Shown here: piece after piece, positions 1-9,130 of the stretch | How the letters are laid out: each line of letters starts with the position of its first letter | How positions within the stretch are numbered: the stretch's first letter is position 1 | Assembly: GCA_964518475.1 (NCBI GenBank) | Contig: CAZFGR010000005.1 | Coordinates: 39,415 to 103,414, forward strand | Direction of reading: 5' to 3' | Origin: an uncultured Nitrososphaerota archaeon | GTDB lineage: Archaea; Asgardarchaeota; Njordarchaeia; Njordarchaeales; Njordarchaeaceae | DNA length: 64,000 nt | Position numbers and translations under genes: made by a program | Notes under the pieces: model-generated | The model's input: only the letters and a program-made list of their open reading frames with translations | Database searches by the model: none | Told to the model about the DNA's origin: nothing

Positions 1-1257
1 TTCCCTATTTAGTGCTTCGGGAGAAATTCTCCTCAGAATCTCCTCCAGATACTTAACTCTTCGAGCCGCTGGTTGTAATACTTCAGCAGGGGTCATCCTA
101 CTAGCCTTTATCCCCGGATACAGACTTCCAAAACCCGTTATTGCAGTGCCCATAATTATAGCTTCTAGAACTGTTGTTGGAGTTATTACAAACTGATAAA
201 CGAGATTGGGTTCTCGTACGAATATTTTGAATAAACAATATGCTATAACTGAGCCAATAATAAGACCGAGCAAGGACGCTATTAAACCGATAAACATAGC
301 TTCTAAAAGAATAGATAAGAATATGCTTGTTTTGGTGGCACCCATAGCGCGGAGGATACCAATTTCACGAATTCTCTCGTTTATATTCATGGTAGTTGAT
401 AGAACTATGAGAATTATCGCCATCAGGATAGTTACTGATGAAAAAGTATAAAGCACGGTCTTTTGGGCAGAGAGATTTTCTGAAACCAGCAATAGTATTG
501 ATGCTTTTATTGGATTCACTGTATAGTCAAAACCTAGTACTTCTTGTATCTTTTCACACATTCTTACGATATTGTCGACACTCTTATCTGGGTTTAATGG
601 ATCTATTAATTCTTGATCAAGTTTTATGAAAACAATATTTGCTGAATCATTTAGGGAAAGGAGCCTTTGAGTATCACTAATATCTACAAAGATTGCACTC
701 TTCATATCAATTGGAAGTTTACCATACTGATTCACTATACCCGAAACAGTTAGAGTTGCGTTCTGTACACCTTTTATTGACAAATAATATACGACGATTT
801 TATCCCCCACACTAATACCGAGAAAATCACTAACACTTTTGAGTACTAAGCATCTATTATCGCCAAGAGCTAATTCACCAGAGATCATATCGAAACGACC
901 AATACGGGAGTCCTGAGTCAAATTAATACCAATCACAGCAGCCCTTAGGGTCTTATTATTTGCCGATAAGAGACTACCAAAAACAAGTCTAATGCTAAAA
1001 GACGATACCTCATCTATCAGGGATAGTTCCTGAGAAACATTAGTTGCGTTGAAGAAAGGGGAACCTTTAGACTTGTAAACGAGTACGTCAAAGTCCCCTA
1101 GGTACTCTGTGAAGGCTTTATAGGATGAGTACATTATTGCGTTATTAGCAATATTCAGAGCGGTGAAGAGAGAAACTGCTATAAGCACAGCAGAAATCGC
1201 GATAAGAGTCCTCGTTTTGCGTCTAGATAGGTTCCTGTACGCTAGCTTAAACATCAT
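1..1257 (-). CDS. ABC transporter permease, FtsX/MacB family (partial, runs off left edge)
   Basis: Not in the ORF track. Manual minus-strand translation from ATG at 1257 gives MMFKLAYRNLSRRKTRTLIAISAV... and later NINERIREIGILRAMGATK, both typical MacB/FtsX motifs. Segments checked at both ends and in the middle are in the same open frame. Confidence 0.9.
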   Translation of the reverse strand, partial: MMFKLAYRNLSRRKTRTLIAISAVLIAVSLFTALNIANNAIMYSSYKAFTEYLGDFDVLVYKSKGSPFFNATNVSQELSLIDEVSSFSIRLVFGSLLSANNKTLRAAVIGINLTQDSRIGRFDMISGELALGDNRCLVLKSVSDFLGISVGDKIVVYYLSIKGVQNATLTVSGIVNQYGKLPIDMKSAIFVDISDTQRLLSLNDSANIVFIKLDQELIDPLNPDKSVDNIVRMCEKIQEVLGFDYTVNPIKASILLLVSENLSAQKTVLYTFSSVTILMAIILIVLSTTMNINERIREIGILRAMGATKTSIFLSILLEAMFIGLIASLLGLIIGSVIAYCLFKIFVREPNLVYQFVITPTTVLEAIIMGTAITGFGSLYPGIKASRMTPAEVLQPAARRVKYLEEILRRISPEALNRE

Positions 1258-1339
1258 TATGATCCCAGATATTAATGATGTAACTTTTTTATTACACATG
1301 TAATAAAACTTTTTAAAGTGTCGGTTCTCTGAAAAAGCA

Positions 1340-2038
1340 GTGGTGTCAAATGTGGATATAGTAATAGAAGCAGTGGATCTCCATAAAGTGTACCACCTAG
1401 GAAAAATAGAGATTCATGCTCTTAGAGGAGTATCTATGAAGGTTTATCGAAACGAACTATTATGCATAATGGGGCCTAGCGGAAGTGGAAAAACAACTCT
1501 TCTAAACATAATTGGAACACTCGACAAACCTACGCGAGGAAAAGTTTTCTTAGATGGTGTAGAAATAACTTCTTTAAGCGAAAAAGAATTAACAAAAATT
1601 CGAAGAAATAAGATTGGCTTTATTTTCCAGTTTCATAATCTAATACCCGTATTGACGGCTCTTGAGAATGTTGAGTTACCAATGATTTTAGCTGGAGTAC
1701 CGAGGGAAGAGAGGATTAAGCGAGTGAAATTTTTGCTAAAACTAGTGGGTCTAGAAGATAGAATGAACCATAGACCTCATGAATTAAGTGGAGGAGAACA
1801 ACAAAGAGTAGCCATAGCGAGAGCCCTTGCCAACAATCCAAGTATTATCCTAGCAGATGAACCTACAGGGGAGCTTGATACGGAAAATAGTGAAAAAGTA
1901 ATGAAAATATTTAAAGACGTAATTAAAGAAGAAGGAGCTACGGCGATAGTAGTGACTCATAATCTCCTTCTTAAAAAATATGCCGATAGAATTCTTCATT
2001 TGAGAGACGGCAGAATTGTAAAAGAAGAGAAGCTATGA
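1340..2038 (+). CDS. ABC transporter ATP-binding protein (LolD/MacB type)
   Basis: Walker A GPSGSGKT, signature LSGGEQQR, Walker B ILADEPTG, VTH H-loop; divergent from the permease gene. Confidence 0.95.
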   Translation: MVSNVDIVIEAVDLHKVYHLGKIEIHALRGVSMKVYRNELLCIMGPSGSGKTTLLNIIGTLDKPTRGKVFLDGVEITSLSEKELTKIRRNKIGFIFQFHNLIPVLTALENVELPMILAGVPREERIKRVKFLLKLVGLEDRMNHRPHELSGGEQQRVAIARALANNPSIILADEPTGELDTENSEKVMKIFKDVIKEEGATAIVVTHNLLLKKYADRILHLRDGRIVKEEKL

Positions 2039-2285
2039 TAGTTACAACAAGTGTAATTGCCAAGTTGATAAAAAATACTTGCTTCGTTTGGCTTTGTTTC
2101 AAATTTATCTCTTTTCTCAGCCTAGTTCTTGCCAGTCAATCTTTTGGTCTAAGTAAGTAAACGAAAATACCTATACATGTTGGATAACACGTAACTTTAT
2201 ATAGAGTGAAGAGAAGTAAAAATGCATAATTAATTGAGTCTTTAGAGTAGTCTTCTCAAAAGGTGATGTATAGAGGTTCCTAACT

Positions 2286-3020
2286 ATGAAGATATACGCG
2301 GTAGTTATTCTTCATGAATCTGGAATAGCAATTTACAGAAAATTTATTGAGTGGGAAGAGAGACCCATCGAGCCTCTTTTGGCAGCTATTATTGGGTTAG
2401 CGAGGGAGATAGGTGTGGGAAGTATTTCCCATGTTAGTTTCGAAGATGTTTACTTGATAGTTCTTAGGGGCATCAAGAATAAATCATTGTTGCTTAGTTT
2501 TTTCGTTGATAAAGTTGATCACGAAGCCTATATCAAAGGTCTATATCTTTTAGCAAAAATTGAAAAGAGGATAGATATAGGGGAGGGGATTATAACAGAT
2601 GACATTATGGACGCTGTAAAAGATGTTGCGGAGGATATGTTGGGAAAACTGGATAAAATACCTGATTTTCTTGGTGAAGTTTTCAATAGGATCGCTCAAA
2701 AATACGCCCCACCATTCATGACTTCATTAGAGCTTGTTCTATTCAAACAATTTGGAGAAGATCCCTTACTGGTTCTTTTCAAAACTCCGAAGAAATTTCT
2801 AAATACCCTAGTTAAATTTCTGGGGGAGGAAGCGGCTTATCAATTCTTGGTAAGTATTTTAAGAGAGATAACAACGATGTACGGGATTCAAATAGATTCT
2901 GAAAAAGAAGCTAAAATTCTGCTTCATGAAATTAGATTTAAGGAAATTGAGAAAGCACGAGAACTCTTTAGAACTCTCATAGAAAGAATAATCGATAAGA
3001 TGCTTGCCCAGGTATCTTGA
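2286..3020 (+). CDS. Longin-like N-terminal domain protein with helical C-terminal domain
   Basis: N-terminus hhhhxxSGIxIY...LLAAIxxLAxEI...IxxVxF fits the longin-like pattern seen in Asgard proteins; C-terminal FGEDP...PKKFLNTLVKFLGE resembles DUF3227-type domains. Confidence 0.55.
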   Translation: MKIYAVVILHESGIAIYRKFIEWEERPIEPLLAAIIGLAREIGVGSISHVSFEDVYLIVLRGIKNKSLLLSFFVDKVDHEAYIKGLYLLAKIEKRIDIGEGIITDDIMDAVKDVAEDMLGKLDKIPDFLGEVFNRIAQKYAPPFMTSLELVLFKQFGEDPLLVLFKTPKKFLNTLVKFLGEEAAYQFLVSILREITTMYGIQIDSEKEAKILLHEIRFKEIEKARELFRTLIERIIDKMLAQVS

Positions 3021-3238
3021 CTAACCGGGCTAAAATTGTAAATAAAATTTTTGAGTGTAAAAGTTTCTAAACATTGTGCTGGATAAGTAAAAAATTTATA
3101 ATTGTGAAATATAACTAATGTGCTGTTACTATTTTTCCATGCGTTCAGTATGGTATAGAATTGAAACTAAATTCGTATAATTTTTATATAGGATTTTACT
3201 CTCTATTATTCTATTATTTAATAAATGAGCTTTGAGGC

Positions 3239-3616
3239 TTGATTGAGTTGGCTAAAAAAAGATTCAAAAGGATCTTCGAGCTCCGAAGACCAATGAAAAA
3301 TATTACTGTAAAAGTGCGAGTAATGGAAAAAAGAGGAGATAATGAAGTCTTTTCAAAGATAACAGGCAAGTTTCATAGATTTACGGAATATATCGTTGGT
3401 GATGACACTGGTTTAATTCCTCTAGTACTGTGGGAGGATAATGAGAACGAAATTAGAGTAGGTCTGACATATAGATTAGTAGGTGTTGATGTAAAAATTT
3501 TCAATGACGCGCCCCGGATCATTGTTAAACGAGATACTATAATAGAGGAAAGCGAAAGTATCGACGAATCTATGATCAATATAGGCATATCATCTAGTGA
3601 AAAGAAAAAGCGTTAA
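3239..3616 (+). CDS. Single OB-fold ssDNA-binding protein (crenarchaeal SSB/RPA-like)
   Basis: NITVKVRVME...IVGDDTGLIPLVLWE matches the archaeal SSB OB-fold motif (VGDETG-x-V-x-L-x-LW). Confidence 0.8.
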   Translation: MIELAKKRFKRIFELRRPMKNITVKVRVMEKRGDNEVFSKITGKFHRFTEYIVGDDTGLIPLVLWEDNENEIRVGLTYRLVGVDVKIFNDAPRIIVKRDTIIEESESIDESMINIGISSSEKKKR

Positions 3617-3706
3617 AAAAAGACGTCCTAACTAACGTAGAGAGATAATGCTGTGTTCCCGAGAATATTGTTAAAAAAGCAAAGTATTCTCACTAATAAT
3701 GTGTGG

Positions 3707-3755
3707 ATGATGATGAATCCTACTGAACAATAATGAAGAAAGAGTCACGGTCTGA
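3707..3755 (+). ncRNA. C/D box sRNA (2'-O-methylation guide)
   Basis: C box ATGATGA (3707-3713), D' CTGA (3723-3726), C' ATGAAGA (3733-3739), 12-nt guide AAGAGTCACGGT, D CTGA (3752-3755); intergenic. Confidence 0.75.
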
Positions 3756-3767
3756 CAAAACATAATC

Positions 3768-4082
3768 CTAGCTCTCAATTGCGTAAGCACTAATTAATCT
3801 GTTTCTCTCAACACTTTTCTTAATGATTTTTCTAAGTTTCTCTAATAATTCGCTTCGTGATCCTCTAGGGTCTTCACCCAAACTCTTTAAGGTTACTTTA
3901 AGGATATCATTTAAAGAAGGATTTTCTATGATTGCTTCTAAGTCCTTAATAAAGTCGTTGAGGGATATATAACCTAACATTCTGCTGGCAATTTCTAATT
4001 CTGGATAGCGCATTATTAATCTTTTTAATGCTTTCTCGGTTTCTCTACTAGCGATCATCTGTCTAGTTTTTTCTCTGTGCAT
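3768..4082 (-). CDS. Hypothetical small helical protein
   Basis: 104-aa ORF with protein-like composition; no recognised motif. Confidence 0.55.
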   Translation of the reverse strand: MHREKTRQMIASRETEKALKRLIMRYPELEIASRMLGYISLNDFIKDLEAIIENPSLNDILKVTLKSLGEDPRGSRSELLEKLRKIIKKSVERNRLISAYAIES

Positions 4083-4231
4083 AAACTCTACACATCAAAA
4101 TCAATCTCTCCTAAATACACATTTTTAGTTTCATTTCTATTTTTAATTTTTTGGAACATTACTTGTATGTAAAAACAACGATAGCCATATTGGTTAAAAA
4201 TTGTTTTTCTATCCATATTATTGGGATTACT

Positions 4232-4966
4232 ATGTCTTCTGATGATACCTGGAAAAGTATTAAGGATAGAGTTAAAGGGCTTGATGACGAGACCAAGAAG
4301 CAGATCAGAAAGATTTCGAGAATAGTCCATCAGGTTTTGGCTAGGAGAAAATCAGATAGAGTGCCCGAGGGACTAGAACTCATCGAGTTAGCGACCCTAT
4401 TTTTTACTGGATATGGAGGCTTATTTCTAAAGGCTCTTAAGCTTGGAAAATTCACGGCTAGAGAACTGAGCATTTTTTCTCACATACCGATACCAATGGT
4501 TAGAAAATGGATTTTCATCGGGATAGACTTGGGAATTATTAGAGAAACAATAGATGCTCGGGGAATTAGGTATTTTTCCATAAATCGAGCTGACATAGGA
4601 ATTGTTGGCTCAAAACTGATAACAATATTACAAAGAATAACGGGTACGAGGGAGTTTTCTCTAGGAGAACCCTTTAAAAATTTTGATGAAGCTGTGAGAT
4701 TTGTTGGTGATTTTTTATCCCTCTTTACGATGATTGGGGAAAAGATTAAAGATGTTTTCATAAGGGAAACAATAGATCTAGAGGAAGGATATAATGTTGT
4801 CTCCAGTCAACTTATTTTTAAGAGATGGTTAGAGAAGGCAAAAAGCTATAAAATCGTTATTGAAGTGGGTAATAAATGCTTGATTAATAAGCAGGGGATT
4901 TCTGAAATGCTTGGTAAGTTATGGAGCTTCTTTAAGATGTTTGAGACGAATGAAAATGTCGCATAA
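4232..4966 (+). CDS. Hypothetical protein with probable tandem winged-helix domains
   Basis: Likely start ATG 4232 (MSSDDTW). FTARELSIFSHIPIPMVRKWI...LGII is wHTH-like, and a second similar segment follows (IFKRWLEKAKSYKIVIEVGNKCLINK). Confidence 0.6.
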   Translation: MSSDDTWKSIKDRVKGLDDETKKQIRKISRIVHQVLARRKSDRVPEGLELIELATLFFTGYGGLFLKALKLGKFTARELSIFSHIPIPMVRKWIFIGIDLGIIRETIDARGIRYFSINRADIGIVGSKLITILQRITGTREFSLGEPFKNFDEAVRFVGDFLSLFTMIGEKIKDVFIRETIDLEEGYNVVSSQLIFKRWLEKAKSYKIVIEVGNKCLINKQGISEMLGKLWSFFKMFETNENVA

Positions 4967-5640
4967 TGTAAGCTATGATTGGTGATATGAAGGCATAAGA
5001 AAGAGCAAAGATCCATATAATTTGTACCAGTAAATTCCTTATGTCTCCTGAGAAGATACGAAAAATATGAATAGCTAGAGGCATAGCTAGTAGTATTGTC
5101 ACGAGAATAGTGGTTCTTTCTCTCTTGATTTTCGCGGATGGGTAAATTACTGGACTTATCATTAAGATAGCGGTGAACAAGATTATTGTTAGGCTTATCA
5201 TAGAGCTTGATAATAGAGTTACTGTAGAGGATACTAATATAGCGGCGGCTGGTATGGGAAGACCTTCGAAGAAAAGTTTGGTATCATAGATATTGAAGCG
5301 TGCTAATCTAAGAGCACCACATAGTATATATTATTGCTACACTAATCGCGAACAGAGAACTATTGGTGGAAAGGAGCATTGCAGAAGGGGCAACTCCGAA
5401 GGATACTATGTCCGCGAGCGAATCTAATTCTCTACCGATCGGATTTTCCTGCTTAGTTACTCTAGCAACAAGTCCGTCGAAGAAATCAGCTATAGTTGCG
5501 AGGGTTATAAAGAAGAAACTGGTTAAAAATTTTGAGTTGATTATTGCCTTTAGAGCGAGCATACCTAATGATAAGTTTATTAATGTGACTAGATTAGGTA
5601 GATTGAAAAGGATTCGGACTCCGCCTCTTGTTTGGGTCAT
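4932..5640 (-). pseudogene. pssA: CDP-alcohol phosphatidyltransferase (archaetidylserine synthase-like), frameshifted near 5325
   Basis: The 5' ORF has the CDP-OH motif DFFDGLVAR...GRELDSLADIVSFGVAP. The conserved CGALRLARFN...FEGLPIPAAA continues in another frame just after an AT dinucleotide run. Confidence 0.85.
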
Positions 5641-5715
5641 TGACTTTCTCCTTGGTTAAAATTTCGAAAATGCCCTAAAAAGTTTAGGTAATTAGATAAA
5701 TGGTAGTGATTACTT

Positions 5716-6480
5716 GTGAGTGTTGAGGTAATAATTATCGGAGATGAAGTTCTATTAGGAATAGTAAAGGAAGAAAATGCTAATTACATAATTGAAGAGG
5801 TGACTAAGAGAGGCTTTCGAGTAAGACGAGTTTTCATAATCGGAGATAATATTAATGAGATAAAGGAATCGATACAAGCTTCTCTAAGAAGAGGTACAAA
5901 TCTAATAATAACAACGGGAGGCCTAGGGCCTACCGAAGATGATTTGACGTTAGACGCTATTTCTGAGGCCTTAAATATTGAACTGAAACTTGATCAGGAG
6001 TGCGTAGAAAAGATTAAGAAAGCGTATAAGGGCGAAATCCCGGAAGGAGCTCTAAAAATGGCTAGAAGACTAGAGGGGGCAAAGATCTATGAGAGCCCCC
6101 TAGGATTGGCCCCAGCACAGTTATTGAATCTAGGTAGATCTTTAATTCTAGTCCTACCAGGTCCGCCAAGGGAAGTTCGATCTCTATTACCCAGAATCCT
6201 AGATGATATTGCTGATATTTTTGGTAAGAGAGCAAAGTGTGGTTCTCGGTTCTATGTTGAGGCTAGGGAAGCTGAGATCATGGATATCTTGGCGGAAATA
6301 ATAAAGAAGTATGACGTTTATGCCAAAGCAATTGTGGGAGAATGTGTAAAGGGAAAATTACCAGTAGAAATCGTTGTTTTTGATAAAGATGAAGAAAAGT
6401 GTAGGAGAAGATTATCCATAGCCAAGAATTATTTCTGTGAAAAGGTGCGAGAAAAACTGGGTAAGGGTTGCATTGATTAA
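5716..6480 (+). CDS. CinA N-terminal-like molybdopterin-binding domain protein
   Basis: IGDEVLLG, TTGGLGPTEDDLT and LPGPPRE motifs. Confidence 0.88.
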   Translation: MSVEVIIIGDEVLLGIVKEENANYIIEEVTKRGFRVRRVFIIGDNINEIKESIQASLRRGTNLIITTGGLGPTEDDLTLDAISEALNIELKLDQECVEKIKKAYKGEIPEGALKMARRLEGAKIYESPLGLAPAQLLNLGRSLILVLPGPPREVRSLLPRILDDIADIFGKRAKCGSRFYVEAREAEIMDILAEIIKKYDVYAKAIVGECVKGKLPVEIVVFDKDEEKCRRRLSIAKNYFCEKVREKLGKGCID

Positions 6481-6490
6481 ACCTCTTTTA

Positions 6491-7453
6491 TTATGAAGAG
6501 GTTTCGAGAAGCAACCGAATGCGCTTTGGAGTGAGGGGATGCGTGGAGAACAGCTCCGCTAGTTTTTCTCCTAGAGTTATTCTTTTTCTAGCAAGACTCA
6601 TCACGTATTCATCGATGTTGCTATAATAGGGGATTTCTGGCATTCTCTCGGGATCTGTAATCATTAGAGCCTTAAACGCTAACATGTTTTTGTACGCAGT
6701 TCTCTGTGTACGGAATATTCTTGTATTGGTTAACTCAAGTTTAGCTAAGGCTCTTGCTAGATTTATTGATCCGTTTTCGACTATTTTTGCTGAGTGAAGA
6801 TCCGCGAAGTGTTCTCTTGTTCTACTGACCCATAGCATGAATAGTGACAATATGTAATACATAATCATTGAGAATCCAGCTATGGCCAGTAAAACAGCTG
6901 ATGAGCTAGCTCTCTCCTCGCTTCCTCCGCTTCCAAATAATCCAGAATAATATGCCCATCGTGCGATCAAGTAAAAGAGAGCTGGAAGTACAGAGAGAGC
7001 CATCATAACCTCTACGTCGCGATGCTTGATATGTCCTAATTCGTGCCCGAGAACCGCTTTAATTTCTTCTGGAGTTAAAATCCTTAGAAGACCCGTAGTT
7101 ACAGCAACTTTCTTCCCAGTGAAAGCATTGCCGAAAGCGAATGCATTAGCCATTTCTATTGGAGCGATATAAACTTCAAGCTTCTTTTTTAACCCACTTT
7201 TAATAGAAAGTTCTGTAACTATATCGTCTAACCAAGCATGCTCAGTATTCTTTACTGGTCTTAATCCATACATGAAACGAATGAGTGAAGGAGCGATTAA
7301 CCATTGAAGAATAATCATTATTATCGCAATAATGAATGCTGATATAAGAGATAATCCACCAATTAGATTAGCTAGGAGGAAAATTCCTAACCCCGTCAAG
7401 GCTATTGTCAATGCGAGAGAAGTTATCATGGAGAATAATAATCTGCGAACCAT
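6491..7453 (-). CDS. htpX: Zinc metalloprotease HtpX (M48)
   Basis: NAFA, AVLGHELGH (HExxH), SRTREHFAD and FSTHP motifs; N-terminal TM helices. Confidence 0.93.
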   Translation of the reverse strand: MVRRLLFSMITSLALTIALTGLGIFLLANLIGGLSLISAFIIAIIMIILQWLIAPSLIRFMYGLRPVKNTEHAWLDDIVTELSIKSGLKKKLEVYIAPIEMANAFAFGNAFTGKKVAVTTGLLRILTPEEIKAVLGHELGHIKHRDVEVMMALSVLPALFYLIARWAYYSGLFGSGGSEERASSSAVLLAIAGFSMIMYYILSLFMLWVSRTREHFADLHSAKIVENGSINLARALAKLELTNTRIFRTQRTAYKNMLAFKALMITDPERMPEIPYYSNIDEYVMSLARKRITLGEKLAELFSTHPLTPKRIRLLLETSS

Positions 7454-7463
7454 ATTATCAACC

Positions 7464-8078
7464 CTAATAATGTTCTCTAGAGTATAAGTAATAGTTGATG
7501 ACAGATGCGATAAACTTTATCATCTCCTTTAACACATAGTAGAGCACTATAACCGTTATATAGACCAGGGGATTCCAAAACTGGCTAGTAATTAGTAAGC
7601 CTCTCAATAATAGTAATAGGAAGGCTATTTCTAGTAGTAATGATAGCGGGTAGAGAAAAGGGTATCGAAGCCTAATGGCGTAAAGAAATTCCTCCGAGAC
7701 CTTGTTCTCTTCGAAGAGAGTAATATATTTCTGAATAGCCTCGGGAGAGATACTATTGGGTGTGATGACAATTATTTCCTCCGCCTCGGTATTTTTCCCT
7801 CTGATTTTCCTGATGCTCCTTATTAGGAATAAATCAGCTAGTAATAGTAGAGCGAGAATTATTAGGGCAAATATAGCGAGTGCTGAGATTATTAACCATA
7901 AGTGTATTATCAATAGTGTAACTAAACTAATAAACGCCATGATTAACAAGGTAACTCGAATATAATAATCTAAGAACGTGATGTTAAAGACTGAGCCCGT
8001 TCTCTTTTCTATTACCCAGAATCTATTGAAAGGTATATCATATTCAACAATATGATAACTGTTCTTCATTCTGATCAA
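7464..8078 (-). CDS. Hypothetical membrane protein (about 4 TM)
   Basis: Hydrophobic segments; tightly packed between fen and htpX on the same strand. Confidence 0.7.
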   Translation of the reverse strand: MIRMKNSYHIVEYDIPFNRFWVIEKRTGSVFNITFLDYYIRVTLLIMAFISLVTLLIIHLWLIISALAIFALIILALLLLADLFLIRSIRKIRGKNTEAEEIIVITPNSISPEAIQKYITLFEENKVSEEFLYAIRLRYPFLYPLSLLLEIAFLLLLLRGLLITSQFWNPLVYITVIVLYYVLKEMIKFIASVINYYLYSREHY

Positions 8079-8085
8079 CCATTAA

Positions 8086-9117
8086 TTATCTGAAAAAGAG
8101 ATCAAGGGATGCTTGCTTAAGCCCTTTTTTATCCCTTTCTAACCTTTTAAGAGCCTCTCTAAGCTCGTTAAGAACTCTTTGTTTATTAAAATCGTGTTCC
8201 TCGACTAAAAATTCGATGATTCCATCAATATCGGGATCCCTAAATTTTATTTCGTAATTTTTATTGATTGGAGGATTAAGAAATAGTTCTCTCAACTTCT
8301 CTGGTGGAATATCCCACTTCCATATAATCTTGCGATTAGCTATCAAGTTCTCGATATTTTTGTACTTTTTTATTAGTTTAAGCGCTGTTTTAGGACCTAT
8401 ACCTTCGAATCCTCCTGGATTATAATCAGTACCAAGAATTAATGCTAGATCTATTAATTGCTCTCTCGTTATCCCAGTTTTCGACAAGAATTTATCTAAT
8501 TCATACAAAATAGGTCTTTCATATGGATTAATGGTGATTTTGAACTCCATTATTATTCTGGGAGTTCCATATAAGAAAGCGTCCCAATCCCTACTAGCAA
8601 CGGCGTATCCTTCTCCTCGTGCAACGATGTAAGCCGCTTGTGCCTCAGCATCATGAGGAGCATCGATAATGGGAACTCCCATAAGCTCTAAAAGCTTTCT
8701 AGCACTCTTTACCATGTCATCAGTCACTATCATGGCCCTTTTACCCAGCTTCTTTGCCTCTTCATAGCGACCTGCCATAACAGCTTCGATAAATTTTTTC
8801 TGGAACTCGAGTCTCTCTTTTTTACGGGCTTCTAATTCGCTTTTTTTCCAAGGATGAGGAGGGCCATCAAAAACATAAACGGGCTTAATACCCATTGCTA
8901 GTAATCTACAAGTCCTGTTAAATAAACCAACAAGGTGACTAGTAACTCTGCCCTTAGAGTCTACAAGATATAAACCTCTTTTGTCCCGAATCATGGCTAG
9001 CATCTGATAAAGAGTGGGAAGAGCATCAATCACGAGGATTTTCCCTGCAAGGCTATCAGGATCTATTAGCACTCCTATATTAAATTCTTTCATTAGAGGC
9101 CCTAACTTTACTCCCAT
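8086..9117 (-). CDS. fen: Flap endonuclease 1
   Basis: MGV start, GRVTSHLVG, KPVYVFDG, AEAQAA, LGTDYNP..GIGPKTA; C-terminal PIP box QASLDLFF. Confidence 0.97.
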   Translation of the reverse strand: MGVKLGPLMKEFNIGVLIDPDSLAGKILVIDALPTLYQMLAMIRDKRGLYLVDSKGRVTSHLVGLFNRTCRLLAMGIKPVYVFDGPPHPWKKSELEARKKERLEFQKKFIEAVMAGRYEEAKKLGKRAMIVTDDMVKSARKLLELMGVPIIDAPHDAEAQAAYIVARGEGYAVASRDWDAFLYGTPRIIMEFKITINPYERPILYELDKFLSKTGITREQLIDLALILGTDYNPGGFEGIGPKTALKLIKKYKNIENLIANRKIIWKWDIPPEKLRELFLNPPINKNYEIKFRDPDIDGIIEFLVEEHDFNKQRVLNELREALKRLERDKKGLKQASLDLFFR

Positions 9118-9130
9118 GTTCTATCCCCCA

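Noticed and set aside
206-629. Plus-strand ORFs of 81 and 63 aa
   Set aside because: Antisense shadows of the minus-strand ABC permease; the same applies to most short ORFs nested opposite long genes in the track
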